32,000 bases of DNA from Nostoc punctiforme PCC 73102 (GCF_000020025.1 NC_010628.1:7230001-7262000); one strand, 5' to 3'; counted from the stretch's first letter, positions 1 through 8,437 are shown. Numbers and translations: made by a program. The notes: generated by a model from the sequence alone, not told the origin.

Positions 1-192
1 CTTACATTTATATGAAGCTATTTGTCAACCGTTATTTCACTTACGGTAGCATAGGATACATTATCTTGTTAATCCAAATAATGTTAAGAAATTGTTAAGC
101 TTTTTCTACTATCTCTTTGTTGACTGATTTAGCGTTTTGCTGTTAGACATTGCTAAATAGCCTGCGGAAATTTAACAGATGCTCCCATCTGT

Positions 193-510
193 TTAGACTT
201 CACGCTCTTGACGAAAGCGCATTGCGACATTCCAGCATTCTGTTACTAATTGATGCCAAGGCATTAACGTTGCCATATCAATTCCGACTTGTTTATCGGT
301 AGCAGCAAAGAGCATCTTTGCTGTACTTAGTTCTTCTTGCGCTTGTTTAACACGTAAGAGCAAATCAGATTGTTCTTGGTCACTCATAAATGATAGCTGC
401 TCAGTTTCGAGTAAATGGCGCGATCGCGTAAACCAATGCTGAAAATCTTCTAGCAGGGGTTCTAAAACCGTTTTCAGCAACTCAGTCCCTGGTAAATTTG
501 AGTCTGACAT
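193..510 (-). CDS. Conserved hypothetical protein, predicted helical. It resembles a cyanobacteria-restricted DUF family, but I cannot name it with confidence.
   Basis: The open frame is 193..531. The codon at 531 is TTG and the first ATG is at 510 (MSDSNLPG...). No catalytic motif is recognisable. Confidence 0.55.
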   Translation of the reverse strand: MSDSNLPGTELLKTVLEPLLEDFQHWFTRSRHLLETEQLSFMSDQEQSDLLLRVKQAQEELSTAKMLFAATDKQVGIDMATLMPWHQLVTECWNVAMRFRQEREV

Positions 511-746
511 AAATAAGAAGGATTTTTCCAACTTTCTTACTAATATTAACGTTATTTACGTTTCTTAATATTATTTTTATTTATTATAATCTAATAATTT
601 TGGAAAATCTAAGAAAATGTAACAAATAGCACAGATTTTATTATATAGTCTTGCTAACGGGTCTGTACAGTTCCTTTGGAGAGACCGTATATATATCGAA
701 TGGGGGGGGTAGCTGACACCGAGTTGCAATTCATAAGATAATTTAG

Positions 747-776
747 CGATGTCTACGACGGGCTACGCCTACGCCT
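747..776. repeat. Short dispersed repeat (gcgatgtctacgacgggctacgcctacgcc family)
   Basis: A reverse-complement copy lies at 8615-8648. Partial copies lie at 16484-16510 and 13838-13868. Confidence 0.7.
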
Positions 777-959
777 GGAATCCTGAATTTAATACTCAGC
801 TAACCGATCAAAAATTTATCTTTATCCCCAGCGAAAAATTAATTCGGTAGTTGGAAGATAAAGCTGAACTGGCAAAAACTAAAGTCGTTATAGTTGAGTA
901 AGCCTACAGATTCAGATAAATCACCTTTTGTAATCACCTCGCCAACGGTTCAGCAGCCA

Positions 960-2795
960 ATGTCGCCAAATTCATCAAATCAATCACAACAGTCAGAACA
1001 AGTTGAAAAAATCTATTTACCGCGTACCAGCGAATCGGAGAATTTAAAAAAGATTCGTCACACTGCTTCCCATGTAATGGCAATGGCGGTACAAAAGCTG
1101 TTTCCCAAGGCGCAAGTTACAATCGGCCCTTGGATAGAAAACGGTTTTTACTATGACTTCGACAGTCCAGAACCATTTAGCGAAAACGATCTCAAAGCCA
1201 TCAAAAAAGAGATGGCGAAGATTATCAATCGCAAATTACCAGTAATTCGAGAAGAAGTCAGCCGAGAAGAAGCCGCACGCCGGATTCAGGAAATTAAGGA
1301 ACCTTATAAGCTAGAAATTCTGGCAGATATCAAAAACGAACCAATCACGATTTACCACCTGGGGAATGAATGGTGGGATTTGTGCGCGGGGCCTCATCTG
1401 GAAAATATCAGTGAATTAAACCCGAAAGCAATTGAATTAGAAAGTGTTGCTGGCGCTTATTGGCGTGGGGATGAAACTAAAGCTCAATTACAACGCATCT
1501 ACGCCACCGCTTGGGAAAGTCCAGAACAACTCGCTGAATATAAGCGGCGCAAAGAAGAAGCGCTACGGCGAGATCACCGGAAACTGGGTAAGGAACTGGG
1601 ATTATTTATATTTTCTGATCTAGTAGGGCCGGGTTTACCTTTGTGGACACCCAAAGGTACTTTGTTGCGGAGTACTTTAGAAGACTTCCTGAAGCAAGAA
1701 CAGGTAAAACGGGGTTATTTATCTGTAGTAACTCCTCACATTGCCAGAGTAGATTTATTTAAAACCTCTGGACATTGGCAGAAATATAAAGAAGATATGT
1801 TCCCCTTGATGGCAGATGATGAGGAAGCTGCTGCACAGGAACAGGGCTTCGTTATGAAGCCGATGAATTGCCCTTTCCACATCCAAATATATAAGAGTGA
1901 ATTACGCTCTTATCGGGAACTACCAATGCGACTGGCGGAATTTGGTACTGTTTACCGCTACGAACAATCAGGCGAATTGGGTGGTTTAACGCGGGTGCGC
2001 GGTTTTACTGTGGATGATTCTCACCTGTTCGTCACCCCAGAACAGCTAGATAGTGAATTCCTCAGTGTGGTGGATTTGATTTTGTCGGTGTTCAATAAGC
2101 TGCAACTGAAGAACTTTAAAGCTAGACTCAGTTTCCGCGATCCTGCTAGTGATAAGTACATCGGTTCCGATGAAGTTTGGGACAAAGCCGAAGGTGCAAT
2201 TCGCCGTGCAGTTGAAACTTTGGGGATGGAACACTTTGAAGGGATTGGAGAAGCGGCTTTTTATGGGCCCAAACTTGACTTTATCTTTAGTGATGCCCTA
2301 GATCGGGAGTGGCAATTAGGAACTGTGCAGGTTGATTACAATTTGCCTGAACGCTTTGAGTTGGAATACGTCGCTGAAGATGGGGTTCGCAAACGTCCAG
2401 TTATGATTCACCGTGCGCCTTTTGGTTCACTGGAAAGGTTGATTGGGATCTTAATTGAAGAATACGCGGGCGATTTCCCTTTGTGGTTAGCGCCAGTGCA
2501 AGCTAGATTACTCCCCGTAGGTGATACACAGCTAGACTTTGCTAAAGATGTGGTGGCAAAGATGAGAGCGTTGGGCATCCGTGCAGAAGTTGATACCAGT
2601 GGCGATCGCTTGGGTAAACAAATTCGCAATGCAGAGAAAGAAAAAATACCCGTGATGGCAGTGGTTGGAGCCAAGGAAGTGGAAACCAACACCTTAAGTA
2701 TCCGTACCCGTGCCTCTGGGGAATTGGGAGTTATCCCTGTTGATGAGGTGGTGGATAAGATGAAGGATGCGATCGCTAAGTTCGAGAATTTCTAA
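960..2795 (+). CDS. thrS: Threonyl-tRNA synthetase (class II aaRS)
   Basis: Editing-domain HxxxH (HTASHVMAMAV). Class II catalytic motifs are present (FRYEQSGELGGLTRVRGFTVDD; HRAPFGSLERLIGILIE), followed by a C-terminal anticodon-binding region. The ORF track starts at a TTG at 894. I prefer the in-frame ATG at 960, which gives 611 aa; the start is uncertain. Confidence 0.93.
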   Translation: MSPNSSNQSQQSEQVEKIYLPRTSESENLKKIRHTASHVMAMAVQKLFPKAQVTIGPWIENGFYYDFDSPEPFSENDLKAIKKEMAKIINRKLPVIREEVSREEAARRIQEIKEPYKLEILADIKNEPITIYHLGNEWWDLCAGPHLENISELNPKAIELESVAGAYWRGDETKAQLQRIYATAWESPEQLAEYKRRKEEALRRDHRKLGKELGLFIFSDLVGPGLPLWTPKGTLLRSTLEDFLKQEQVKRGYLSVVTPHIARVDLFKTSGHWQKYKEDMFPLMADDEEAAAQEQGFVMKPMNCPFHIQIYKSELRSYRELPMRLAEFGTVYRYEQSGELGGLTRVRGFTVDDSHLFVTPEQLDSEFLSVVDLILSVFNKLQLKNFKARLSFRDPASDKYIGSDEVWDKAEGAIRRAVETLGMEHFEGIGEAAFYGPKLDFIFSDALDREWQLGTVQVDYNLPERFELEYVAEDGVRKRPVMIHRAPFGSLERLIGILIEEYAGDFPLWLAPVQARLLPVGDTQLDFAKDVVAKMRALGIRAEVDTSGDRLGKQIRNAEKEKIPVMAVVGAKEVETNTLSIRTRASGELGVIPVDEVVDKMKDAIAKFENF

Positions 2796-2808
2796 AATCT
2801 AACCGCAG

Positions 2809-2842
2809 ACGCACACTAATTATAATTGGTGTGCGTTTTTTT
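2809..2842 (+). terminator. Rho-independent terminator of thrS
   Basis: An 8-bp perfect stem (acgcacac 2809-2816 / gtgtgcgt 2829-2836) with a 12-nt loop is followed directly by a T7 run. It starts 14 nt after the thrS stop. Confidence 0.75.
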
Positions 2843-3197
2843 CGTGGATTGGAGCATGAGCTAGCTGGTAGGTTTTGGTAAGGGTGCGATCGCGTTCTAC
2901 TTACAGGCTGAAACCCTAAGTTTGTCGTTGCCAACTGGAAAACCCTAATTTTGCAGTAAACTTTAAACTTTCTGCATAAATTCATTTAAATTTATTGACA
3001 GTACTATATGCTGACATTCTCACAGTTATAAATGTTGAGAAATTTATATTTAGCTTGCAAGATTTTCAGAGTTAAGCAATTAATAAATACTTATATTTAG
3101 GTATATTTAACCCTGTTTTTATTTTGAATTAACAACTCCTAATTAATATTGAAGCACGGTTTAATTTACTAACTACAAATAAAGGAGAGTAATTATT

Positions 3198-3689
3198 ATG
3201 ACAGTCAATTTTAAATCTATGTTAGTTCCACCAGGTAAGGGTTCCACTTATTTGGTGTTGGGTGACTTATATACTATTCTGGCTACAGGAAAAGATACAG
3301 GCGGAGAGTATGGGGTATACGAGGCTGTCATGCAACCGCAAAGTATGACACCACCTCACAGCCATGACCAAACAGACGAAGCGCACTACATTCTTGAGGG
3401 AGAGGTTGAGTACCAGATTGACGAGCAGACTATCGTTGCAACTCCCGGAACCTTCGTGAATTTTGCTAAAGGTCAATGTCATAGTTTTAAAAACATTGGG
3501 TCAAAACCTGCCAAAATGCTGACTTGGGTTACACCAGCAGGGGGTGAGCAGTTTTTTGTAGAGGCAGGGCAACCTGTAAACTTACCTTTGAATGAGGAAG
3601 AACGCTCTTTGTTGGGCGTTGTGAATCCTGCCGACTTTGAAAAAGCCGTTGCCATTGCCTCGAAGTATGTTCAATTCCCGACAAGTTGA
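3198..3689 (+). CDS. Cupin-domain protein
   Basis: Two-motif cupin signature (PPHSHDQTDEAHYILEGE ... GQCHSFKN). The Shine-Dalgarno-like AAAGGAGAG at 3181-3189 precedes the ATG. Confidence 0.8.
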   Translation: MTVNFKSMLVPPGKGSTYLVLGDLYTILATGKDTGGEYGVYEAVMQPQSMTPPHSHDQTDEAHYILEGEVEYQIDEQTIVATPGTFVNFAKGQCHSFKNIGSKPAKMLTWVTPAGGEQFFVEAGQPVNLPLNEEERSLLGVVNPADFEKAVAIASKYVQFPTS

Positions 3690-3758
3690 GGAAAAGTAGA
3701 ATTTCTTAAAGAAAGCAGGGAGCTGGGGAAGCTGGGAAGCCAGGGAAGCAAAGTTAAA

Positions 3759-3800
3759 AGGTGGATTCATCCAGTTCAAATACTCATTTTAATTTTAACT
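3759..3800. repeat. Collapsed two-unit copy of the 21-bp repeat element found at 4704-4871
   Basis: The sequence aggtggattcatccagttcaa|atactcattttaattttaact matches unit 2 (aggtgcattcatctagttcaa) and the terminal unit (atactcattttaattaaatca) of the downstream array. Confidence 0.6.
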
Positions 3801-3983
3801 TTTCATGGGATTTGAAAGGTCAAAAAGTATCACAGACAACAAAAGTTTTCTCAATCACCGCACCCAAGAAAACTTTCTGATTTATTCAAGACTGATAGCA
3901 TAGATTTAAAGACTTGTGGAATCTGCTCTTCCTAAACAGACTAGACTTGCATAAATTAATGTCAATAATTTTTGACTAACATT

Positions 3984-4463
3984 ATGAACCGCTTTACCTC
4001 TATTTTGCTCGCTGGCTTGATAGCATCTGCATCAGCTTTGGCTATTTCTCCAAAAGCTGAGGCTAATACACCAGCGTCTTATCTTGTTGAGTTAGATAAC
4101 TACAACTATCAACGCAACGATGATGGTAACTACGAACGTCATAGTCGTCACTACAGAAATGGTGATTATGACCGCCAGAACGACCTTCGCAACATTCGTG
4201 ACAACGATCGCCGTTATGACCGCGATAATAATCGCCGTTATGACCGCGACAATAATCGCCGATATGACCGCGACAATAATCGCCGATATGACCGCGACAA
4301 TAATCGCCGATATGACCGCGATAATAATCGCCGATATGACCGCGACAATAATCGCCGATATGACCGCGATAACGATCGCCGATATGACCGCGACAATAAC
4401 CTTCGTAACATTCGTGATAATAACTTTCGCTATGAACGCGATCGCAACTGGGGTCGTGATTAA
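3984..4463 (+). CDS. Secreted low-complexity protein with about 8 tandem RRYDRDN(N/D) octapeptide repeats
   Basis: Sec-type signal peptide (MNRFTSILLAGLIASASALAISPKAEA). The mature part consists almost entirely of R, D, N and Y. The ORF track start at 3972 is TTG; the in-frame ATG is at 3984. Confidence 0.7.
   Translation: MNRFTSILLAGLIASASALAISPKAEANTPASYLVELDNYNYQRNDDGNYERHSRHYRNGDYDRQNDLRNIRDNDRRYDRDNNRRYDRDNNRRYDRDNNRRYDRDNNRRYDRDNNRRYDRDNNRRYDRDNDRRYDRDNNLRNIRDNNFRYERDRNWGRD
4200..4391. repeat. 24-bp tandem repeat x8 inside the CDS (consensus gacaataatcgccgatatgaccgc)
   Basis: I counted eight head-to-tail units directly. They differ only at a few mostly synonymous positions (gat/gac, cgt/cga); the first and last units read DNDRRYDR rather than DNNRRYDR. 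Confidence 0.9.
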
Positions 4464-4703
4464 TCCCTGTGCCTATTTATTAAGCTTAGTTCCAAGTGAA
4501 CTGAGCATTGATTCTACTTGGCGCTAGGACAGACACAATCTCTTTTTCCACTCATTGCAATATCTGACTTTTCACTCTTCTCTGGAAAACCTCGCTTCCA
4601 TTCCCTAGTAATGAAGTTTGCTCAGGGCTTAGGTTTAGCGTTAGCTTTTTTACATGACGTGAAAAGTCAGATTTTTATTAAATCAAGAATTTACCTTCAA
4701 CCT

Positions 4704-4871
4704 AGACTCATTAATGGAGTTGAGAGGTGCATTCATCTAGTTCAAAGACTCATTAATGGAGTTCAAAGGCTCATTAATGGAGCTAAAAGACTCATTAATG
4801 AAGTTCAAAGACTCATTAATGAAGTTCAAAGGCTCATTAACGAAGCTAAAATACTCATTTTAATTAAATCA
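4704..4871. repeat. Intergenic 21-bp tandem repeat, about 8 units (consensus agRctcattaatgRagYtMaa)
   Basis: Units counted from 4704. The array lies in the convergent intergenic region between the stops at 4463 (+) and 4941 (-). Confidence 0.85.
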
Positions 4872-4904
4872 AAAATTTTTCCTCAGACTATAAGTCTCTT
4901 TCTT

Positions 4905-4932
4905 AATTACGAATTACGAATTACGAATTACA
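4905..4932. repeat. Heptanucleotide tandem repeat (AATTACG)x4
   Basis: Read directly: aattacg aattacg aattacg aattaca. It is the reverse complement of the AATTCGT arrays at 8403 and 13793. Confidence 0.9.
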
Positions 4933-4940
4933 AATTAATA

Positions 4941-7900
4941 TCACGACCTTGGTCGCAACAATTGCACAAAGGTATCACTCACAGTATGGTCTTTGGTATC
5001 GGCGGCGTATTGAACTAATTTTTCCTTTAGTTCTTTAGCAGCATCTAACGGGAGTAAGGTTGCTAGCAAAAAGTAGACACCACGAAAACGGGGGTCGTCC
5101 ATGTGGTCAAGGAGACGGTTTTTAGCTTCCTCACTCTCGCCGAGAAAGCTTTGCACCAAAAAAAAATCCATAATCTTATCGTGGCGGAAGTACCATTCTC
5201 TCTTGGCTTCGCCTTTTTCGTCTTGCCACTGACGGCTGACAACCATTTTATATTTATCGTCTTCCAAAGACTGTAATACCTGGTAAAATTCATCCGCAGG
5301 TAACGCCTGTTCATCATTCAGCCGCATTTGATAGACAGCATCGGAGAATTTTTTCAGAGGAAATTCTTGTTTCCATTCTTGCAAATATTCTGCTGCCATC
5401 AATTGATATTGATGTTGTTGCAAGTGAAACAAATCGGGGTATTCGCCTTGGGATAGCATCAGGGCTACCACAGTTAAATCCATTGGATTAGAGAGAACCT
5501 TCTCGATGGCGCTTAATTCTTGTGGTGATTGCTGATTACTAAGGGCTTTGGTTAAAAAACTAGCAGTGGCTTGCTCATAATCAGTACCTTGAACTTTGGC
5601 ATTTTTGGGCAGTCGTGGCTGACGGGAAATCAGAAATTGCTGAATTTGTGGTTCCTCAAGGGGCAGCAATTTATATATTTTGGCTGTTGAGGGTGGTGTC
5701 CACTCTAGCGGTTGGGTGGTCATGATGATGTTACCCCGGAAATAGCTTTCGGCAAACTGACAGATTTTTGCTCTAGTGTCGGCGGTAACTTCATTGAGTC
5801 CGTCAATGCAAATATCTAATGCGCCACTGTAAATTAAATTCTTGAGAAAATCAGCATCTTGTGCTTGTCCGTGCAGCTTGGCTTGAATTGCCTCAATTAC
5901 CCCTTTGTCACACTTGCGCGCAGGTAGATAAACCACAAGCCGCCCAGAAGTTTTTACCAAATAGCGCAGAAACATTGACTTACCCAAGCCAGAATCACCT
6001 TCTAAGATGACTTGTCCTTTGATGTTAGGTAGCACTTGAGTAATTTGTACGGGTTCGTCTACACCGGGAACTTTCACTTTAGAATTTGGGAAGTAAGCTT
6101 CGGGGTTAAAATTATCTAACCCGGCATCGGCTAGTAGGGAAGGCTTGAAGGGTTCAAATAACTTTTCGCGAAAAAAAGGAACCCAGGTGAGAATTAAGCC
6201 GACGTAGCCGACACCGAGAATACGCCTCACCCAAGGGTTCCAGAAGAAGATGGCTTGAACTTGGGGAAATTTGGGATAAGCAAAGATGAGGACAAGCCAA
6301 AAGGCAGCGTGAATCAAAATAGTAGTTCTGGCGTTGAACAACCACTGCCAAGTTTTGAGGTTAATTATTACTGATTGCAACGAATCAGCTTCGTTGTAGC
6401 CGACGTTTTTAAGGTTGTTGTAGTGAGTTTCTAAGATAACAATATCTTGTGGTTGCCAAGAGACTTTTCTCGCAACCACAGCAATTTGCTTTGCCAAGTC
6501 TTCCTGTAAACGCACTAATTCTTTACTAGGTTCCCAAATTTTGCGAAAAACCTCTAGTGTTTTCACTCCTTCATCGTGGTTTAGCTTCTCAGGAATTGTT
6601 TTAGGTCTGCCTAGCCATTTAAGCAGTGTTGTGACATCTTCAGTGCCACCCCCCAGAAAATATGTAGAGAATCGCCACTGTTGAAATTCAGATTGTCCCA
6701 CGTAATAAACGTTATCCAAAATGACAATAACGCTATTCAGGTCTAGTTGTTCTATTTTTTCTAAAGCTCTTGCAAGGTTAGAACGAAGTGAAGTTTCAAT
6801 AGATTTATCCTTGAGAATCTTAACAATATCTTTCACGTAAGGTTGAGCAACTTTTCCCAAATTACCTAAGGCATATACTGCCATTGATTTATCAACTTGA
6901 CTAGAGATTTGATTCTCAATGGTTTTATCTTGGATGAAATCGAGGATATCTTTGATATATGGTTGAGCTGCTTCTTCCAAGTAACTCAATGCATAAGCGG
7001 CGCTAGAGCGAAATGAAGGCTCAACAGATTTATCCTTAAGGATGTCAGTAATATCTTTGGCGTAAGGTTTAGCAGCATCTCCTAAATCGCTCAATGCATT
7101 AGCCGCACTGGAACGAAGCGAATTATCGACGGATTTATCCTTAAGGATGTCAGCAATATCTTTGACGTAGAGTTTAGCAGCATCTCCTAAATTGCTCAAT
7201 GCATTAGCCGCACTAGAACGAAGCGAATTATCGACGGATTTATCCTTAAGGATGTCAGCAATATCTTTGACGTAAGGTTTAGCAGCATCTCCTAAATTGC
7301 TCAATGCATTAGCCGCACTGGAACGAAGCGAATTATCGACGGATTTATCCTTAAGGATGTCAGCAATATCTTTGACGTAGAGTTTAGCAGCATCTCCTAA
7401 ATTATCTAAGGTAGGAGCTATCTGGGAACGAATAGCGGAGTCAACAGATTTATTTTTGAAGATATTAACAATATCTTGAGCGTAGGGTTGGGTAGCTTTT
7501 CCTGTGTTAACCAAAGCATCAACTACAGTGGAACGAACATCAACATCAACAGTTTTATCTTGAATGAAGTTGAGGATATCTTTGATGTATGGTTGGGTAG
7601 CTTGTCCGAAATATGCAAATACAAATGCTGCACGGGAGCGAACTTGGGCATCAGCTGTTTTATCTTTAAGGATGTTAGCAATCTCTTTGAGATAGGGTTT
7701 GGCAGCATCTCCCAGATTTGCTAGTGGGGAAAATCTACTAGCAGAATAGTTACCACTACTGAAATAAATAGTAATAGAGGAGTCGGTGTTTTTATGCTTA
7801 AGAAAATCGGTTATATCTTTGATATATGGTTTGGCCGGTTCTCCCAAGTTGGCCAATACCAATATCAAATTGAAACCAGTAGAAAAATCAACAGATTGAT

Positions 7901-8396
7901 CCTTAAGAATATCAACAATATCTTTGACGTAGGGTTTAGGAGCATCGCCCAAGTTTCCTAATACAGATGCTGCACCAGCGCGAACCGAAACTTTCACAGA
8001 TTTATCTTTAAGGATAGCTGCGATATCTTTGACATAGGGTTTAGCCAAATCCCCCAGATTGCTTAACGCGTATCCTGCACTAACACGAATCGATGTTGCA
8101 ACAGATTTATCTTTAAAAATACTGAGAATTTTTCTGGCTATGTCTTCTGGTTTTTTCACCAGAGTTTTTAAGTCTTGCATCTCATATTGACTGACTTGAT
8201 CCAGAGCCAGAGACTTCACTCCCTCATGTCTATCATCAAGAGCAGCAACAATACCGTTAATCTGCCATGCTTCTGGTTTAGGCTTGGGCTGTTCTTTGGC
8301 GCTTACCCAAGGCAGCGCGAGGAGGAGTGTCAATAGCAGGATAAAGGGAAAAAGGAAAAATGGCGACGATCGCTTTTTAATTATGTGCAGATACAT
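4941..8396 (-). CDS. Membrane-associated HEAT-repeat / NACHT-type (STAND) P-loop NTPase, 1151 aa
   Basis: N-terminal hydrophobic segment (KKRSSPFFLFPFILLLTLLLALPWVSA). About 13 HEAT/PBS-lyase-like repeats of roughly 35-37 aa follow (xKDIxxILKDKSVxxxxRxxAAxALxNLGxxAxPY), at nt ~6760-8150. Two hydrophobic helices lie at nt ~6170-6335. Walker A is GDSGLGKS (nt 5977-5999). The NACHT-style Walker B is LDICIDGLNEV (nt ~5791-5823). An IIMTTQP motif and an NPMDLTVVALM winged-helix-like motif are also present. Confidence 0.8.
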   Translation of the reverse strand: MYLHIIKKRSSPFFLFPFILLLTLLLALPWVSAKEQPKPKPEAWQINGIVAALDDRHEGVKSLALDQVSQYEMQDLKTLVKKPEDIARKILSIFKDKSVATSIRVSAGYALSNLGDLAKPYVKDIAAILKDKSVKVSVRAGAASVLGNLGDAPKPYVKDIVDILKDQSVDFSTGFNLILVLANLGEPAKPYIKDITDFLKHKNTDSSITIYFSSGNYSASRFSPLANLGDAAKPYLKEIANILKDKTADAQVRSRAAFVFAYFGQATQPYIKDILNFIQDKTVDVDVRSTVVDALVNTGKATQPYAQDIVNIFKNKSVDSAIRSQIAPTLDNLGDAAKLYVKDIADILKDKSVDNSLRSSAANALSNLGDAAKPYVKDIADILKDKSVDNSLRSSAANALSNLGDAAKLYVKDIADILKDKSVDNSLRSSAANALSDLGDAAKPYAKDITDILKDKSVEPSFRSSAAYALSYLEEAAQPYIKDILDFIQDKTIENQISSQVDKSMAVYALGNLGKVAQPYVKDIVKILKDKSIETSLRSNLARALEKIEQLDLNSVIVILDNVYYVGQSEFQQWRFSTYFLGGGTEDVTTLLKWLGRPKTIPEKLNHDEGVKTLEVFRKIWEPSKELVRLQEDLAKQIAVVARKVSWQPQDIVILETHYNNLKNVGYNEADSLQSVIINLKTWQWLFNARTTILIHAAFWLVLIFAYPKFPQVQAIFFWNPWVRRILGVGYVGLILTWVPFFREKLFEPFKPSLLADAGLDNFNPEAYFPNSKVKVPGVDEPVQITQVLPNIKGQVILEGDSGLGKSMFLRYLVKTSGRLVVYLPARKCDKGVIEAIQAKLHGQAQDADFLKNLIYSGALDICIDGLNEVTADTRAKICQFAESYFRGNIIMTTQPLEWTPPSTAKIYKLLPLEEPQIQQFLISRQPRLPKNAKVQGTDYEQATASFLTKALSNQQSPQELSAIEKVLSNPMDLTVVALMLSQGEYPDLFHLQQHQYQLMAAEYLQEWKQEFPLKKFSDAVYQMRLNDEQALPADEFYQVLQSLEDDKYKMVVSRQWQDEKGEAKREWYFRHDKIMDFFLVQSFLGESEEAKNRLLDHMDDPRFRGVYFLLATLLPLDAAKELKEKLVQYAADTKDHTVSDTFVQLLRPRS
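7026..7410. repeat. Intragenic 105-bp (35-aa) near-identical tandem repeat, about 3.7 copies
   Basis: The anchor ggatttatcc recurs at 7131, 7236 and 7341, with a diverged copy at 7026. Copies differ at only a few bases and encode VKDIADILKDKSVDNSLRSSAANALSNLGDAAK(P/L)Y. Confidence 0.9.
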
Positions 8397-8402
8397 TTGT
8401 AT

Positions 8403-8437
8403 AATTTGTAATTCGTAATTCGTAATTCGTAATTTCT
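8403..8437. repeat. Heptanucleotide tandem repeat (AATTCGT)x3 with degenerate flanking units
   Basis: Read directly: aatttgt aattcgt aattcgt aattcgt aatttct. It starts 7 nt upstream of the start codon at 8396. Confidence 0.9.

Noticed and set aside
2776-2985. 69-aa minus-strand ORF downstream of thrS
   Set aside because: It overlaps the thrS terminator hairpin and the thrS 3' end, and has no supporting features.
4120-4527. 135-aa ORF (MTATIIAD repeats) overlapping the secreted repeat protein
   Set aside because: It is an alternative frame of the same 24-bp repeat. The frame starting at 3984 has a proper signal peptide and is the more plausible product.
4200-4871. Possible CRISPR array, given regularly spaced 21- and 24-bp repeats
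   Set aside because: The units are directly adjacent with no unique spacers between them, and no cas genes are nearby. These are simple tandem repeats.
4518-5018. 166-aa ORF with RLINGVQ/RLINEVQ heptad repeats
   Set aside because: The frame is generated by a 21-bp (3n) intergenic tandem repeat. A collapsed copy of the same element lies at 3759-3800 outside any ORF. The 3' end overlaps the well-supported minus-strand gene by 78 nt. No start context or recognisable domain is present.
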